Shown: positions 63,860 through 64,000 of the stretch, one piece after another
How positions within the stretch are numbered: position 1 is the first letter of the stretch
Layout: each line of letters starts with the position of its first letter
Assembly (NCBI GenBank): GCA_963822585.1
Contig: CAWGIE010000035.1
Coordinates: 96,001 to 160,000 of the forward strand
From: an uncultured bacterium
Lineage (GTDB): Bacteria > Auribacterota > Erginobacteria > Erginobacterales > Erginobacteraceae
Length of the DNA: 64,000 bases
Direction: 5' to 3'
Notes under the pieces: model-generated
The model's input: only the letters and a program-made list of their open reading frames with translations
What the model was told of the DNA's origin: nothing
Databases searched by the model: none
Program-made: the position numbers and the translations under genes

Positions 63860-64000
63860 ATTTTCAACCTGAAGTAATGATAGCAAGGATCATAGGGTCA
63901 CACCCAAAATACCAAGTTTAAAGCCGGGCAATAATTTTTTTAATTCTTCTGTCCAACTAACTATCTTTCTTTAATCTCTCCTGAATTACCTTGTGGACTG

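Larger units (their letters stand above)
59367..63908. repeat. Dispersed (TTGG)GGTGTGACCCTGATCYTTT motif family
   Basis: Copies at ~59367, 59497, 61214, 61231, 63233, 63297 and inverted at 63885-63908. Confidence 0.85.

Noticed and set aside
58660..64000. Complete integron or prophage
   Set aside because: No integrase, full attC or phage structural genes are visible in the window.

Overview
A GC-rich bacterial chromosomal window, probably from an anaerobe; a PVC-like candidate lineage is plausible from protein style but is inference only. The backbone is housekeeping: leuS, comEA, a site-2 protease, grpE-dnaJ-rsmE-mtaB (no dnaK), dnaG-rpoD-tRNA(CAT), a TPR protein, ssnA, an archaeal-type phosphoglycerate mutase, amrS, topA, a squalene/phytoene synthase, ackA and a yeast/plant-type chorismate mutase. 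Intergenic DNA is filled with several families of REP-like palindromes and inverted 7-9-nt micro-repeat arrays. One double-hairpin insert sits in the anticodon loop of a duplicated tRNA 5' half, and a 27-bp GTAG-REP is amplified in tandem. The last ~5.5 kb is AT-richer and has co-oriented, cassette-like genes: a TA pair, a serine hydrolase, a WG-repeat protein and a membrane protein. Each follows a GTT core site (GTTRRRY in three of four) and is bounded or clipped by a recurrent GGGGTGTGACCCTGATC-type motif, with no integrase or transposase in view. This is the best candidate for an undescribed gene-capture system. Several genes are broken by single indels or in-frame stops, which may be real decay or sequencing error.
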